Source: an uncultured Gemmatimonadales bacterium
GTDB taxonomy: Bacteria; Gemmatimonadota; Gemmatimonadetes; Longimicrobiales; RSA9
NCBI GenBank assembly: GCA_963741945.1
Contig: CAVUKA010000001.1
Location: forward strand, 288,001-352,000
Direction of reading: 5' to 3'
DNA length: 64,000 nucleotides
The position numbers were made by a program, and so were the translations under genes. Under the pieces are notes generated by a model. The model worked only from the letters and a program-made list of their open reading frames with translations, was not told where the DNA came from and made no database searches. Positions within the stretch are counted from its first letter, which is position 1. Every line of letters starts with the position of its first letter. Of the stretch, positions 49,448 to 60,164 are shown in pieces.

Positions 49448-51786
49448 CAGCGGGCGGGCGTCCCGGCCGCCGGGCCGGCCGGCTGGTCGGAGGAGTCTCG
49501 CGCGGTGCCGTCGCCGAGCGAGGGGGACGGATCTCCGTTGCCACTCTCCCCATTGCCCCCGTTCGGCGCCCGGTCAGGCCCCCGCGGCGGGTAGTCGATG
49601 CGCTGGTGGTACATGCCCGTGAGAACGGTGACGAACTGCTCCTTCACCGTGGTGATCTCGGCGATCGTGATGGGCGTCTCGTCGAGCTGTCCCGCGTCGA
49701 TCTTGGACTGGACGATCCTGTCCACGAGATCGCGGATGCTGTCGGGGCTCGGGTCGGGGAGGACGCGCGCGGCCGATTCCACCGAGTCGGCCAGCATGGC
49801 GATGGCCGTCTCACGGGACTGCGGCCGCGGTCCGGGATAGGCGAACTCGGCGGGGTCCAGCTCGGCGCCCGGATCGGTCTCCTTCGCCCGGTCGAAGAAG
49901 AAGCTGATGCCCTGCGTCCCGTGGTGCTCGACGATGAAGGCCTTGACGCAGTCGGGCAGTCCCTCCTCCTCAGCGAGCCTGAGCCCTTCCAGCACGTGGT
50001 TCCGGATCACCTGGGCGGAGAGCGCCGGCTTGAGCCGGTCGTGCGGGTTCCGCCCTCCGGGTTGGTTCTCGATGAAGAACTGGGGCCGCGCGATCTTGCC
50101 CACATCGTGATAGTAGACGCCCACGCGCACCAGCAGGGCCTGCGCGCCGATGGCGTCCGCCGCCGCCTCGGCCAGGTTGGCCACGGCGATGGAGTGGGCG
50201 TATGTCCCGGGCGCCTCCATGGACAGGCGTCGCAGGAGCGGGCGATTGGCGTCCGCCAGCTCCAGCAGCGTCTGGTCGGTGGTGATCCCCGTATACGTCT
50301 CGAACAGCGGGAGGAAGCCGAGTGCGGCGAACGCGCTGGCGACGGCGTTCACCGCACCCCATCCGGCGAAGCCGGCGAACTCCTGGAACGACCAGCTCCG
50401 GAGCAGCCCGAGCACGATGGCGACCACCACGTACGTGCCGGTGATCAGGGCGATGAAGACCCACGTTTGCGAGCGGCGCCGGACCACGCGCACGCTGAGC
50501 GAGGCCACGGCCCCGGCGGCCACGAGACTGAAGAGCGCGACAATGCCGAGGAAAGGCGCCTGCCCGCTCAGGAGCACGGCGGTGACCAGGGACAGGTTGA
50601 GCGCGAGACGCCCATCCCAGAGTGTGGCGACGACCAGTGCCGGGAACGCGATGGGGATGAGCGCCACGGGCCAGTCGTGCGACGCCAGCAGCGCGGCAAT
50701 GCCCACCACGGCAGCCAGCAGGAACGCGAGCAGCGACACCTGGCGGATCGCGGCATACACGCGCTGCCGATAGTAGAACAGCAGTGCGCCGAACAGGCCG
50801 ATGGTGATCAGGTTGAACAGCAGCACGCCGGTGGTCCGGGCAAAGCGCACGCGCAGGTTCTCACCCAGCTCACCCCGGCGGTCCAGCTCCGCCGTATACG
50901 CCCGGAGCTTCTCCATCTGCTCGTCCGTGACCCGCTCCCTCGCCGCAATGATGCGCTCGCCCTGGAGCACGTCCGTCTTGACGAGCGGGACGGCGGCGCG
51001 GGCACGGGTGCGCGCGGCCTGGGTCGCTTCCCAGTCGGGGCGTATGCTCGGGACGAGGAAGCGTACCAGGAGCAGGCGCTGCAGCTGCTCGTACCCGGCG
51101 GGCGCCGTGGCGGGGACGTAGAAGCGGGACCGGTTGTAGAAGTCGCGGCTGGTGCGGATCGAGTCGGCGGAGACCACGCGGTCCCGGCCCTGACCCAGCA
51201 GGCGCAGCTGGTCCGACTCCGCCTCATCCAGCTCCGAGGCCGCAGCGATCCCGCGCGGGAGCTCGTCGAGGATCAAGCGGCGGACCGTGCGCTCGAGATC
51301 GTTCCGATCGCGGGCGTTCAGCAGCAGGTCCACGTCGTCGGTCGAGTTCCCGGCGGGCGGCTGGAGCGCGTACGCCCCCAGCAGGTCCCGCATCCGACGG
51401 CGCTTGATCGACGCGGGCTCTGCCGCCGCGGCCACGCTGTCCACGCGCGCGAAGAAGCGATTCACGCCGCTCAGCATGGAATCCACGGCCGTGGAATCGA
51501 ACACGAAGATCGGCGTGATGCTGGCGGCCGCGTCCTGTCTCGCCCGCTCCAGCTCCTGCTCGCTGCGGTAGACCGGGAACGGGATCTCCGCGATCACGTC
51601 CTTGTCGGGCACCATCCCCTTCTCCACCACGGGGAAGTCGGGGAGCGGCGCAATGGGGAACAGGAGCGCTGTTGCCACGGCGAGGAGCACCAGGAGCAGG
51701 ACGCGCGCCCCATGATGGAGGACGCCCTCCGGCCAGGCCCGCTCGGGCGGGCGGCTCAGCACCCGGGTGAACTCGCGCCACGTCAT
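49447..51786 (-). CDS. 7TM-HDIG phosphohydrolase (PgpH/YqfF-like)
   Basis: Extracellular domain, TM bundle, APGTYAHS, YYHDVGK, EHHGT, LADSVES. Confidence 0.92.
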   Translation of the reverse strand: MTWREFTRVLSRPPERAWPEGVLHHGARVLLLVLLAVATALLFPIAPLPDFPVVEKGMVPDKDVIAEIPFPVYRSEQELERARQDAAASITPIFVFDSTAVDSMLSGVNRFFARVDSVAAAAEPASIKRRRMRDLLGAYALQPPAGNSTDDVDLLLNARDRNDLERTVRRLILDELPRGIAAASELDEAESDQLRLLGQGRDRVVSADSIRTSRDFYNRSRFYVPATAPAGYEQLQRLLLVRFLVPSIRPDWEATQAARTRARAAVPLVKTDVLQGERIIAARERVTDEQMEKLRAYTAELDRRGELGENLRVRFARTTGVLLFNLITIGLFGALLFYYRQRVYAAIRQVSLLAFLLAAVVGIAALLASHDWPVALIPIAFPALVVATLWDGRLALNLSLVTAVLLSGQAPFLGIVALFSLVAAGAVASLSVRVVRRRSQTWVFIALITGTYVVVAIVLGLLRSWSFQEFAGFAGWGAVNAVASAFAALGFLPLFETYTGITTDQTLLELADANRPLLRRLSMEAPGTYAHSIAVANLAEAAADAIGAQALLVRVGVYYHDVGKIARPQFFIENQPGGRNPHDRLKPALSAQVIRNHVLEGLRLAEEEGLPDCVKAFIVEHHGTQGISFFFDRAKETDPGAELDPAEFAYPGPRPQSRETAIAMLADSVESAARVLPDPSPDSIRDLVDRIVQSKIDAGQLDETPITIAEITTVKEQFVTVLTGMYHQRIDYPPRGPDRAPNGGNGESGNGDPSPSLGDGTARDSSDQPAGPAAGTPAR

Positions 51787-51811
51787 CAGCGTCGCCTCCG
51801 GAGAGAGTGCA

Positions 51812-52894
51812 TCAGCGGCCCTTCAGGCCTCCATCGACCCGGTCATCCGCCCCTCCACCCTCCTGCTCGCCACCCGCCGCCGCGTAGGCGTCGATGATGT
51901 CCTTCACCAGTCGGTGCCGCACCACGTCCGCCGCCTCGAGGTAGATGAAGCTGATCCCCTCGATCCCCTTGAGGATCGCCTCCACTTCGAGAAGTCCCGA
52001 GTCGCTGCGCCGCACCAGGTCGATCTGGGTCTTGTCCCCCGTGATCACCGTTCGGCTGTTCAGCCCCAGTCGCGTCAGGAACATCTTCATCTGCGCCGTC
52101 GTGGCGTTCTGCGCCTCGTCGAGGATGACGAACGCATCCGAGAGCGTGCGGCCACGCATGTAGGCCAGCGGCGCGATCTCGATGGTGCGCATCTCGAGGT
52201 AGCGCCGCACCCGGTCGTGCGGGAGCATGTCCTCCAGCGCGTCGTAGAGCGGGCGCAGGAAGGGATCCACCTTCTCCTGCAGGTCACCCGGCAGAAAGCC
52301 GAGGCTCTCACCGGCCTCCACGGCCGGGCGCGCCAGGATGATGCGCTTCACCCGGTTCTTCAGCAGCGCGTCCACGGCCATGGCCACGGCCAGGTACGTC
52401 TTGCCCGTGCCCGCCGGGCCGATGGCGATGACGATGTCGTTCTTCGCGATCGCCTCGAGGTAGCCCTCCTGCCCTTCGCTGCGCGGCTGGATCACCTTTC
52501 GGACGCCCGGAAGCAGGATCCGCAGATCCTCCCGCCGGAGCCCACCATCCCTCTCGCCGGCCGTCAGCGCGGCCGTGCCGGGCAGTTCCAGGCCGGTGCG
52601 GTCCGCGTCGTTGTCGACATCGATCGCCGCGTTCGCCACCAGACGGCGGACGTCATCGACGTTGAAGGGCGACTGGAGCTTGGCCAGGTCGATGAGCTGC
52701 TGGGCCACGGGGATGGCGCGCTCGACGTCGTCGAGCTCGCCGGACAGGATCAGGTAGTCGCCACGCAGGATCACGCGACACCCCGTGAGGCTCGCCAGCT
52801 CCTGGAGGTGCGCGTCGTTGACTCCCGCGAGCAGGAGATAGTCGGCCCCCTCGGAGGGCAGCCTGTGCTGGATCACCGTCGGTTCGTCCGCCAT
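51812..52894 (-). CDS. phoH: PhoH family ATPase
   Basis: [44 protein letters not shown]. Confidence 0.95.
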   Translation of the reverse strand: MADEPTVIQHRLPSEGADYLLLAGVNDAHLQELASLTGCRVILRGDYLILSGELDDVERAIPVAQQLIDLAKLQSPFNVDDVRRLVANAAIDVDNDADRTGLELPGTAALTAGERDGGLRREDLRILLPGVRKVIQPRSEGQEGYLEAIAKNDIVIAIGPAGTGKTYLAVAMAVDALLKNRVKRIILARPAVEAGESLGFLPGDLQEKVDPFLRPLYDALEDMLPHDRVRRYLEMRTIEIAPLAYMRGRTLSDAFVILDEAQNATTAQMKMFLTRLGLNSRTVITGDKTQIDLVRRSDSGLLEVEAILKGIEGISFIYLEAADVVRHRLVKDIIDAYAAAGGEQEGGGADDRVDGGLKGR

Positions 52895-52967
52895 TCCACT
52901 CCCGTTCATGCGTTGAAAGGTCGGCGCTCCGGGCGGCGAGGGGAAGGGACGGCCGCGGCCGCCCGCT

Positions 52968-54869
52968 TCACCTGTCCCTGGCCACCTGGACGTGGATCTC
53001 CCGCAGCTCGGCTTCCGCCACGGGCGCTGGCGAGCCCTCGAACAGGGCGCGCCCCGTCGTCGTCTTCGGGAACGCGATCACGTCGCGGAGGCTCGGCAGC
53101 CCGGCCATGACCATCACCAGCCGGTCGAAGCCGAACGCGAACCCGCCATGCGGCGGTACCCCGTAGCGGAACGCTTCCAGCAGGAAGCCGAACTTGGCGT
53201 CCGCTTCCTCCTGGTCCATGCCGAGCGCCCGGAACACCGCGCGCTGCAGCTCCGCGTCGTGGATCCGGATGCTCCCACTGGCCAGCTCGTTCCCGTTGTA
53301 GACCGCGTCGTACGCCCGGGAGCGCAAGGCGAGGTCGAACAGCCGCCGCCCGCGGGCGGCGTCCACCGGGCCGGCCGCCGTGGCCTCCAGCAGTGCCGGG
53401 ACGTCCTCCGGGTGGGCCATGGTGAACGCGTGGTGCGCGGCCACCAGCCGGTCGGCCTCCACGTCCCACTCGAACATCGGGAACTCGGTGATCCACACCC
53501 AGGCGTGGGCGCCGGGGTCCCGCAGTCCCAGCGCATCCCCGAGGTGCCGGCGCAGCGCGTCCAGCGCGGCCTCGGCCCCGTGAACGAGCGCCTCCTGCGA
53601 CGCGCCCCCGTGGCTCCCGGTGACCCGCGGCCGGCTCCAGAACCTGCCGATCACCACGACGAACACGTCCCCGGGCTCGATGCCGGCCGCCTCCGCCAGT
53701 GCGCTCCCGACAGCATCATCGAGGAACTTCGCGAACTGGCCCGACCAGCCCTCATCGGAGCGCTTCACCCACAGGCAGCCCGGCGCGCCCGCGCCCTGGG
53801 CCACGGGATTCAGCGCATCCAGGTCCTTGCGGCTCAGGACGTCCGCCCCGCCTTTCGCCACCACGCCCCGGACCCGATCCCCGCTCTCCCGCGTCCCCGC
53901 GAACAGGCGGAAGTCCGTTCTCTGGAGGATCTCGGTCACATCCACGAACGGCATCCCGAAGCGCAGGTCCGGCTTGTCCGTGCCGTACCGCTCCATGGCC
54001 TCGGAATGCGGCAGGCGGGGGAACGGGGTCTCCAGCTCGACGCCGAGGACATCGCGCCAGAGCCCGGCCAGCATGCGCTCGGCAGCCGCGAACACGTCCT
54101 CCTCGTCGACGAACGACATCTCCGCATCGATCTGCGTGAACTCCGGCTGCCGGTCCGCGCGCAGGTCCTCATCGCGCAGACACTTCGCGAGCTGGAAATA
54201 GCGATCGAAGCCGCTCACCATGAGCAGCTGCTTGTACAGCTGGGGGCTCTGCGGGAGGGCGTAGAACTCCCCCGCGTGCAGCCGACTCGGGACCAGGTAG
54301 TCCCTCGCCCCCTCCGGGGTCCGCCGCGTGAGCATCGGCGTGTCCACTTCCCAGAACCCCTCCGCCGTCAGGTGGCGACGGACGGACTGGAGCGCCCGGT
54401 GCCGGACCGCCAGCGCACGCTGAAGCGTCTGACGTCGCAGGTCCAGGTAGCGGTAGCGCAGCCGGAGGTCCTCGGCCGGGGGCTCCTCGCCCGGAACCTG
54501 GTAGACCGGGATGGGCGGCGTGTCGGCCCGCGCCAGGATCTCCAGCCCCGTCACGTGGACCTCGACCTCCCCCGTCACGAGATCGGGATTGGCCTGACCC
54601 TCCGGGCGACGCGCCACCTCGCCTTCCACGGCGATCACGCTCTCCGTCCCGACCGATGCCGCACGCTCCAGCGACACCGCGTCCGTGGTCTCCGGCCCGA
54701 GCGACAGCTGCACCAGTCCCGAGCGGTCCCGGAGGTCGATGAAGATCAGGCCTCCCAGGTCCCGCCGCCGGTGCACCCAGCCGGCGAGGCGTACGCGCTC
54801 ACCCACGTCCCGGGCCCGCAGCGAGCCCGCCGTGGTGGTGCGAAAGGCCGTCGGCAATTCCTGGCTCAT
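52968..54869 (-). CDS. aspS: aspartate--tRNA ligase
   Basis: [56 protein letters not shown]. Confidence 0.98.
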   Translation of the reverse strand: MSQELPTAFRTTTAGSLRARDVGERVRLAGWVHRRRDLGGLIFIDLRDRSGLVQLSLGPETTDAVSLERAASVGTESVIAVEGEVARRPEGQANPDLVTGEVEVHVTGLEILARADTPPIPVYQVPGEEPPAEDLRLRYRYLDLRRQTLQRALAVRHRALQSVRRHLTAEGFWEVDTPMLTRRTPEGARDYLVPSRLHAGEFYALPQSPQLYKQLLMVSGFDRYFQLAKCLRDEDLRADRQPEFTQIDAEMSFVDEEDVFAAAERMLAGLWRDVLGVELETPFPRLPHSEAMERYGTDKPDLRFGMPFVDVTEILQRTDFRLFAGTRESGDRVRGVVAKGGADVLSRKDLDALNPVAQGAGAPGCLWVKRSDEGWSGQFAKFLDDAVGSALAEAAGIEPGDVFVVVIGRFWSRPRVTGSHGGASQEALVHGAEAALDALRRHLGDALGLRDPGAHAWVWITEFPMFEWDVEADRLVAAHHAFTMAHPEDVPALLEATAAGPVDAARGRRLFDLALRSRAYDAVYNGNELASGSIRIHDAELQRAVFRALGMDQEEADAKFGFLLEAFRYGVPPHGGFAFGFDRLVMVMAGLPSLRDVIAFPKTTTGRALFEGSPAPVAEAELREIHVQVARDR

Positions 54870-55219
54870 CCCCTTTGTCCCCTTCCCAGCAGCCGGCGTG
54901 TGGCGAACAGGAACGTCCCCGCCCCGAGCACGTCGGCCGCCCAGTCCCGGATATCGGATTGGCGAAACGGCACGGACCGCTGGTGCAGCTCATCCAGCGC
55001 GCCCGTGAGCGCCACGGCGAGGAACGCGACGAGCGCCGCGCGTCGTCCCCGCCCCCGCACCGCCCACGCGGCCAGTGCCCCGCCAGCGCCATACATGAGA
55101 AAATGCGCCGCCTTGTCCGAGCCGGACGGAAGCGACGCCGTATGGATCTCCAGTCCGCCGATGAGGAGCACCACCGCGGCCCAGACGGCCAGCGGCAGGT
55201 AGGCCGCGGCGGTGCGCAT
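54866..55219 (-). CDS. VanZ family protein
   Basis: DKAAHFLMY, DELHQRSVPFR, DWAAD. Confidence 0.88.
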   Translation of the reverse strand: MRTAAAYLPLAVWAAVVLLIGGLEIHTASLPSGSDKAAHFLMYGAGGALAAWAVRGRGRRAALVAFLAVALTGALDELHQRSVPFRQSDIRDWAADVLGAGTFLFATRRLLGRGQRG

Positions 55220-55680
55220 CACGCGCTTTCGGCCTCCCTCAGCGCCCGGAAGAACTCCTCTTCGTTGCTCGCCGCCGCGAGGCTCTCGCGCAGCTGTGGC
55301 TGGCGGACCAGGCGCGAGATGCGGCTGAGCGCCTTGATGTGGGGCCCGGCCTCGACTTCCGGTCCCACGAGCAGGAACACGAGCCGGACGGGCTCGCCAT
55401 CCAGCGCATCGAACGGGACCGGCTCCTTCGTCACGCCCGCGGCCAGCGACAGGGCGTGACAGGCGCCGGAGCGGCCGTGGGGAATGGCAATGCCGTTCCC
55501 GATGCCCGTGGAGAGCACCGCCTCGCGCTCGCGCACGACGCGCAGGACTTCCGGCCCATTTCCCACGCACTGGTCCTGCACGAGCAGGTCCACGAGCTCG
55601 GAAAGGAGCGCGTCCTTTGTCCTGGCCTCGAGCGGCACCTTCACGCGTGCCGACGTCAGCAGATCAGTAAGACGGACCAC
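55219..55680 (-). CDS. PTS IIA (PtsN/fructose-type) domain protein
   Basis: EREAVLSTGIGNGIAIPH, FDALDGEPV, HIKALSRISR. Confidence 0.92.
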   Translation of the reverse strand: MVRLTDLLTSARVKVPLEARTKDALLSELVDLLVQDQCVGNGPEVLRVVREREAVLSTGIGNGIAIPHGRSGACHALSLAAGVTKEPVPFDALDGEPVRLVFLLVGPEVEAGPHIKALSRISRLVRQPQLRESLAAASNEEEFFRALREAESA

Positions 55681-55737
55681 CGCTTGCACCCAAGGGCTAC
55701 AACGGACCGATGAATCCGCGTAAGTTAACCGGCGCCC

Positions 55738-56838
55738 ATGACTGCGACAACCGAACGTCCCGACCTGAGCGGGCTGGTCCCCGACCATGCCCTCGCCGCG
55801 CTCCAGGCGCACTTCGAGCGCCGGGGGGTGCGCCCGTACCGCGTGCGCCAGACTCTCTCGTGGCTGTACGACAAGGTGGCCCTCTCCTTCGACGAGATGA
55901 CGGAGCTGCCCACCGCCGAGCGCGCCGCGCTGGCCGACGCCTTCGAGCTCACGGCCCCGGAGCTGGCGCGAGCCCAGGTGTCGCGCGATCACACGACCAA
56001 ACACCTGTGGCGCCTGGGGGACGGCGAGCTGGTGGAGAGCGTGCTGATCCCTGCTCCGGACCGCCTCACCCTCTGCCTCTCCAGCCAGGCCGGGTGCGCC
56101 ATGGCATGCACGTTCTGCGCGACCGGCTGGTCCGGGTACCGGCGGAACCTGACCACCGGCGAGATCGTGGCGCAGTACCGCGGCGCCCGGCGCTGGGCGG
56201 CGGACAACGGCTACGGCGCCATCACCAACATCGTCTTCATGGGAATGGGCGAGCCGCTCATGAACGCCGATGCGGTGCTGGACGCGCTGACGCTCCTGAA
56301 CCAGGGCTACGACGTGGGCGCGCGCCGGATCACCGTATCCACCGTGGGGATCGTCCCGGGGATCGATGCCCTGGCGGCGAGGCCGGAGCAGTTCAAGCTG
56401 GCCGTGAGCCTGCACGCCCCCACCCACGAGCTGCGGAAGAAGCTCGTTCCCGTGGAGAAGAAGTACCCGATCCCCGAGCTGCTGGAGGCGCTCCGCCGCT
56501 TCGAGACCGCCGGCGGACGGCGGATCACGTTCGAGTACGTCATGATCGATGGCATCAACGACGACCCGGAGCTCGCCGACCCGCTGGCGTCCATCGCCCG
56601 GGAGTTCCACGCCCACGTGAACCTCATCCCGTTCAACGCCGTGCCCGGCACCGGCTGGAGCGCTTCACCGGAGGGGCGGCTGCGCGCGTTTGCCGATCGT
56701 CTCGAAGCCCGCGGCGCCAACGCCACCGTCCGGGCCTCCCGGGGCCAGGACATTGCCGCCGCCTGCGGCCAGCTCGCGGCCGAGCACGGGCTGACGGCGC
56801 CGAAGCCGTTCGTGGCGCTGACGTCCGGCGCCAGCTGA
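55738..56838 (+). CDS. rlmN: 23S rRNA/tRNA m2A methyltransferase RlmN
   Basis: CLSSQAGCAMACTFCATG, FMGMGEP, SLHAP, NLIP, AACGQL. Confidence 0.97.
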   Translation: MTATTERPDLSGLVPDHALAALQAHFERRGVRPYRVRQTLSWLYDKVALSFDEMTELPTAERAALADAFELTAPELARAQVSRDHTTKHLWRLGDGELVESVLIPAPDRLTLCLSSQAGCAMACTFCATGWSGYRRNLTTGEIVAQYRGARRWAADNGYGAITNIVFMGMGEPLMNADAVLDALTLLNQGYDVGARRITVSTVGIVPGIDALAARPEQFKLAVSLHAPTHELRKKLVPVEKKYPIPELLEALRRFETAGGRRITFEYVMIDGINDDPELADPLASIAREFHAHVNLIPFNAVPGTGWSASPEGRLRAFADRLEARGANATVRASRGQDIAAACGQLAAEHGLTAPKPFVALTSGAS

Positions 56839-56842
56839 AGGT

Positions 56843-57382
56843 TCAGCCGCCGCCGGCACCACCGCGCTGCCCGCCCGCCGCCTCCGTTTCGGTCAGTACC
56901 ACCTCGGCCAGCAGCCACGCGCCGTCCTGGCGGACGAAGGCGTGGCGGTAGCGAACGGGGATGTCGAACCCGTTGCCGTGCCACTCCCCGATGTAGGCGG
57001 TGCGGCCCGTGGCAATGGCGCTGTCACCCCGAACTGTGACCTGGCGCTCCTCCAGCACGAGTGGCCTCAGCGTTCGGTCGGGCAGGGCCACCGAAGCCAC
57101 GTACTGCGCCCGCGTCTCGGGTTCCGGGGAATCGGCGGCCCGCAGGACGAAGTCGGGCGCGAGGAGCACGGCCACGCCGGCGCTGTCCCGGGCGACGAGG
57201 GCCGCCAGCCAGCGCTCCTCGACCGCGCGGACCGCGGCTTCCACGCCCGACGCGGCGGCGGCGTCACCGCCGGAGTCTGCGCCCGGACCTGCGTCGCGGC
57301 AGCCGGGGACCGCCAGCAGCCAGGTCAGCGCGACCACGGCGGCCAGTGCCGTGGAGCCCGATACCGCCGACCCGCGCGTCAC
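56843..57382 (-). CDS. NTF2-like (DUF4440) protein, probable lipoprotein
   Basis: Signal ending VPGC; LLAPDF, VRGDSAIATG, FVRQDGAW. Confidence 0.75.
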   Translation of the reverse strand: MTRGSAVSGSTALAAVVALTWLLAVPGCRDAGPGADSGGDAAAASGVEAAVRAVEERWLAALVARDSAGVAVLLAPDFVLRAADSPEPETRAQYVASVALPDRTLRPLVLEERQVTVRGDSAIATGRTAYIGEWHGNGFDIPVRYRHAFVRQDGAWLLAEVVLTETEAAGGQRGGAGGG

Positions 57383-57693
57383 GGCGCGTACCCCTCCACC
57401 AGCAGCATGCGCGTCGACGCGCTCGCCTGCCGGAGCGCTTTCGCCGGGGCGTAGTCCCCCGACTCCCACCACTCCCTCGCCCGTGCCACACTCGGGAACT
57501 CAAGCACGACGAAGCGGTGCGTCGGCCACTCCCCCTCCAGCACCTCCGTCCGCCCCCCGCGCACGATGTAGCGGCCGCCGAACGCTTCCACCGACGCTTG
57601 CGCCATGGCCTTGTAGCGCTCGTAGCTGTCGGCGTCCTTCACCTCGATGTCCACCAGGACGTAGCCCGGCCCTGCACTGGTCTGTTCGCTCAT
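57379..57693 (-). CDS. DUF1330 protein
   Basis: FGGRYIVRGG, LEGEW, VVLEFPS, WWES.DY. Confidence 0.92.
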   Translation of the reverse strand: MSEQTSAGPGYVLVDIEVKDADSYERYKAMAQASVEAFGGRYIVRGGRTEVLEGEWPTHRFVVLEFPSVARAREWWESGDYAPAKALRQASASTRMLLVEGYAP

Positions 57694-57776
57694 GGCGCGA
57701 AGGTAGCGCGGCGCGAGGGAGGCGGCTACGGGAATGGCCGGCCGGGGCGCCCGGGGTCGCCCGCAGGGCGTCAGGA

Positions 57777-58151
57777 CTACTCCGCCGGATACACTTTCAC
57801 GGTGTCGAACCGCCGCAGCACCACTTCGCCCGCGGGCGCGCCCCGGCGCTTGCTCACGTCGGCCACGCGGCAGACGTGGACGGCCACCTTGCCGCGGGCG
57901 TTTCTCGCCTTGGAATGCCACGCGGCCAGGGCGGCCGCGCGCTCCACCACGTCCTTCGGCACATCGCCGGTCCTCCCGTCCATGGCGCGCACGAGGACGT
58001 GGCTGCCCGCATGACCGCCCGCGTGCAGCCACAGGTCGGTGGGCCGCCCCTCCCGCAGCGTGAGGCGGTCGTTGTCCCGGGCCGCCCTGCCCACCAGGAT
58101 CTCGAACTCCCCGGTGTCGCCCGCGGGGTACGTGCGCCAGCCTGCCGCCAT
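57777..58151 (-). CDS. stand-alone NFACT RNA-binding domain protein (DUF814)
   Basis: ILVGRAARDNDRLT, DLWLHA...GSHV, AAALAAWHSKAR. Confidence 0.88.
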   Translation of the reverse strand: MAAGWRTYPAGDTGEFEILVGRAARDNDRLTLREGRPTDLWLHAGGHAGSHVLVRAMDGRTGDVPKDVVERAAALAAWHSKARNARGKVAVHVCRVADVSKRRGAPAGEVVLRRFDTVKVYPAE

Positions 58152-58180
58152 GTGGTTTCGGCTCCCGGTGCGCTTCCCTG

Positions 58181-58642
58181 TCAATCCGGGAGCGACGAAT
58201 AGTCGCGGTGGAACGTGTGCACGAAGCAGTCCGCGCAGTCCTCGCCCAGCACCAGGAGGTCGTCGGTCGGACGCGTGGTGATGCTGGCGAGGTAGAAGGG
58301 CTCGAGGAGCTTCAGGTCGCGCACCGCGAACACCGGCTCGTCCGTATGCAGCACGTCGCCGTTCTCCCCGTGGGTGATGTGGAAGCGGGTGCGCTTCACG
58401 AGCGTGCGGTCCCCGGACGCGTCGGTCCGGTAGAGGAACAGGTCGCCATCGGCGTCGAGGACGAGCTGCTGCCCGTGTCCTTCGCTTTCGGGCGTGAGGG
58501 TGATGCCGGCAATGCCGCCCGTGGACTCGACCCACAGCCAGCTCCCGAACACCCACTTCGCGGTGTCCGGGGCCACGGGATCCGAGCAGGCCGTGAGAAG
58601 CGCGGCCAGGGCTAGGGCGGGGAGCGTGCGAGCTGCGCGCAT
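58181..58642 (-). CDS. hypothetical lipoprotein
   Basis: LLTAC lipobox; GSWLWVESTGGIAG; C-terminal DCADC. Confidence 0.7.
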   Translation of the reverse strand: MRAARTLPALALAALLTACSDPVAPDTAKWVFGSWLWVESTGGIAGITLTPESEGHGQQLVLDADGDLFLYRTDASGDRTLVKRTRFHITHGENGDVLHTDEPVFAVRDLKLLEPFYLASITTRPTDDLLVLGEDCADCFVHTFHRDYSSLPD

Positions 58643-58679
58643 GATCCAGGTCCTGCGTCGAGCCCCGTTCATGGCAGCC

Positions 58680-59012
58680 TCACTTCCCCTCGCCGATCTC
58701 CAGCAGCTCCACGGGCGCGCCGTTCTCCAGGATGAACGCCACGCGGATCCCGGGAGACGGCGAGTTCGGCTGGATGATCACGTTCTTCCCCTCCAGCGCG
58801 GCGTCCAGGTCCTCGACCTGGAAGGCGACGTGAGGCACCGTCCGCACCAGGGCCGGGAGCGTGCATTCCGGGCCGAAGCGCATCCACTCCACGCCGTACG
58901 CGCTGGTCTCGTAGCCGGAGACGTAGAGGTCGAAGCCCGGCACCTCGCGCTCGCCGGCGCGCCGCTCGGTGGTGGGGATGCCGATGTGGTGGTAGCGGAG
59001 CTCCGGCTTCAC
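58680..59012 (-). CDS. VOC/glyoxalase-like protein
   Basis: YHHIGIP, HVAFQVEDL, PVELLE; GGAGG RBS before GTG. Confidence 0.8.
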   Translation of the reverse strand: MKPELRYHHIGIPTTERRAGEREVPGFDLYVSGYETSAYGVEWMRFGPECTLPALVRTVPHVAFQVEDLDAALEGKNVIIQPNSPSPGIRVAFILENGAPVELLEIGEGK

Positions 59013-59273
59013 TGCGTGCCTCCCGTGCTGTCGTGACCCGAGCCGAGGGCGGCGCAGCCGGCGAGCACGGACGGGAGCAGCGTCGCGAGAGGACTGCGCA
59101 TGATTCCTTCCCTCCAGCTCTGCGTGACCGGAAGCGCGGTGGGGCCGAAGACCAAGATGCACACCGCCGGAGCCGCAGGTCCAGGGTCGCGCGGCGCGCG
59201 GTCGAGCGGCCCGCCCCGGCCGTCGGCCCTTGCGAGCCCGCCGCCCCGCTCCCATCCTCCCGGTCCAGACGTT

Positions 59274-59357
59274 GGCGAAGGGGTTCGCCCGGATCGCGGC
59301 CGCGTGCCGCTGATGACTCCTCCCACCGGCACAGGCGCCGGGCGGGGGGCTTTTTTT
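59274..59357 (+). ncRNA. fluoride (crcB) riboswitch with terminator expression platform
   Basis: GGCGAAGGGGTTCGCC...GCTGATGACTCCT, then a hairpin ending GGGGGGC-TTTTTTT, directly before crcB. Confidence 0.88.
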
Positions 59358-59366
59358 GGAGGCTGG

Positions 59367-59750
59367 ATGACGCTGCTCTTCATCGCGCTCGGCGGCGCCG
59401 CCGGAGCGCTGGCACGATACGGCCTGGCCGGCTGGGTGCAGGACCGGGCCGGCTTCGGGTTCCCCGCGGGCACCATGGTCGTGAACGTGCTCGGCTGCCT
59501 GCTCATCGGCTTCGCCATGCGCTACCTCGAAGCCGTGCGCCTTGCGCCCGACGTACGCGCGCTCGTAACCGTAGGAATGCTGGGCGCGTTCACCACGTTC
59601 AGCACGTTCAGCTACGAGACGGTGGCCCTCCTGGAGGACGGCGCGTGGACCCGCGCCGCGGGGTACGCGGCGGGGAGCGTCGTGCTCGGACTGGCCGCCG
59701 TGTACGCGGGCGTCTTCCTTTCCGCGTACGTCCTCCAGGCCAGGGGTTGA
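59367..59750 (+). CDS. crcB: fluoride efflux channel CrcB/FluC
   Basis: GGAAGALARY, GTMVVNVLG, GAFTTFSTF. Confidence 0.96.
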   Translation: MTLLFIALGGAAGALARYGLAGWVQDRAGFGFPAGTMVVNVLGCLLIGFAMRYLEAVRLAPDVRALVTVGMLGAFTTFSTFSYETVALLEDGAWTRAAGYAAGSVVLGLAAVYAGVFLSAYVLQARG

Positions 59751-59752
59751 TG

Positions 59753-60115
59753 ATGACGGAGCGATTCGAAGGCGAGCGCACGCTCATGCGCATCTTCATC
59801 GGCGAGAGCGACCGCTGCGCCGAGGGGCCCCACAAGGGGCGGCCGCTCTACGAGGCGCTGGTCTCCATGTTCCGCGAGCGTGGCTTCGCCGGCTGCACCG
59901 TGCTGCGCGGCATCACCGGCTTCGGCGCCAGCGCCAAGGTCCACACCGACCGCATCCTGCGCCTGTCCATGGACCTCCCCATCGTCGTGGAGGTGGTGGA
60001 CACCGAGGCGAAGATCGAGGAGGTGCGCCCCGAGCTGGCGCGCATGATTGGCGGCGGACTGGTCACCCTCGAGCGGGCGCACGTCATCCTGTACCGGCCG
60101 GCGGAGAAGGGCTAG
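59753..60115 (+). CDS. DUF190 (PII-like) protein
   Basis: MRIFIGESD, TVLRGITGFG, LSMDLPIVVEVVD, GLVTLE. Confidence 0.92.
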   Translation: MTERFEGERTLMRIFIGESDRCAEGPHKGRPLYEALVSMFRERGFAGCTVLRGITGFGASAKVHTDRILRLSMDLPIVVEVVDTEAKIEEVRPELARMIGGGLVTLERAHVILYRPAEKG

Positions 60116-60164
60116 CGACGGCCCACCGCCCCGGCCAATCGCGCCGGCCCTCGGACGGCGGCGC

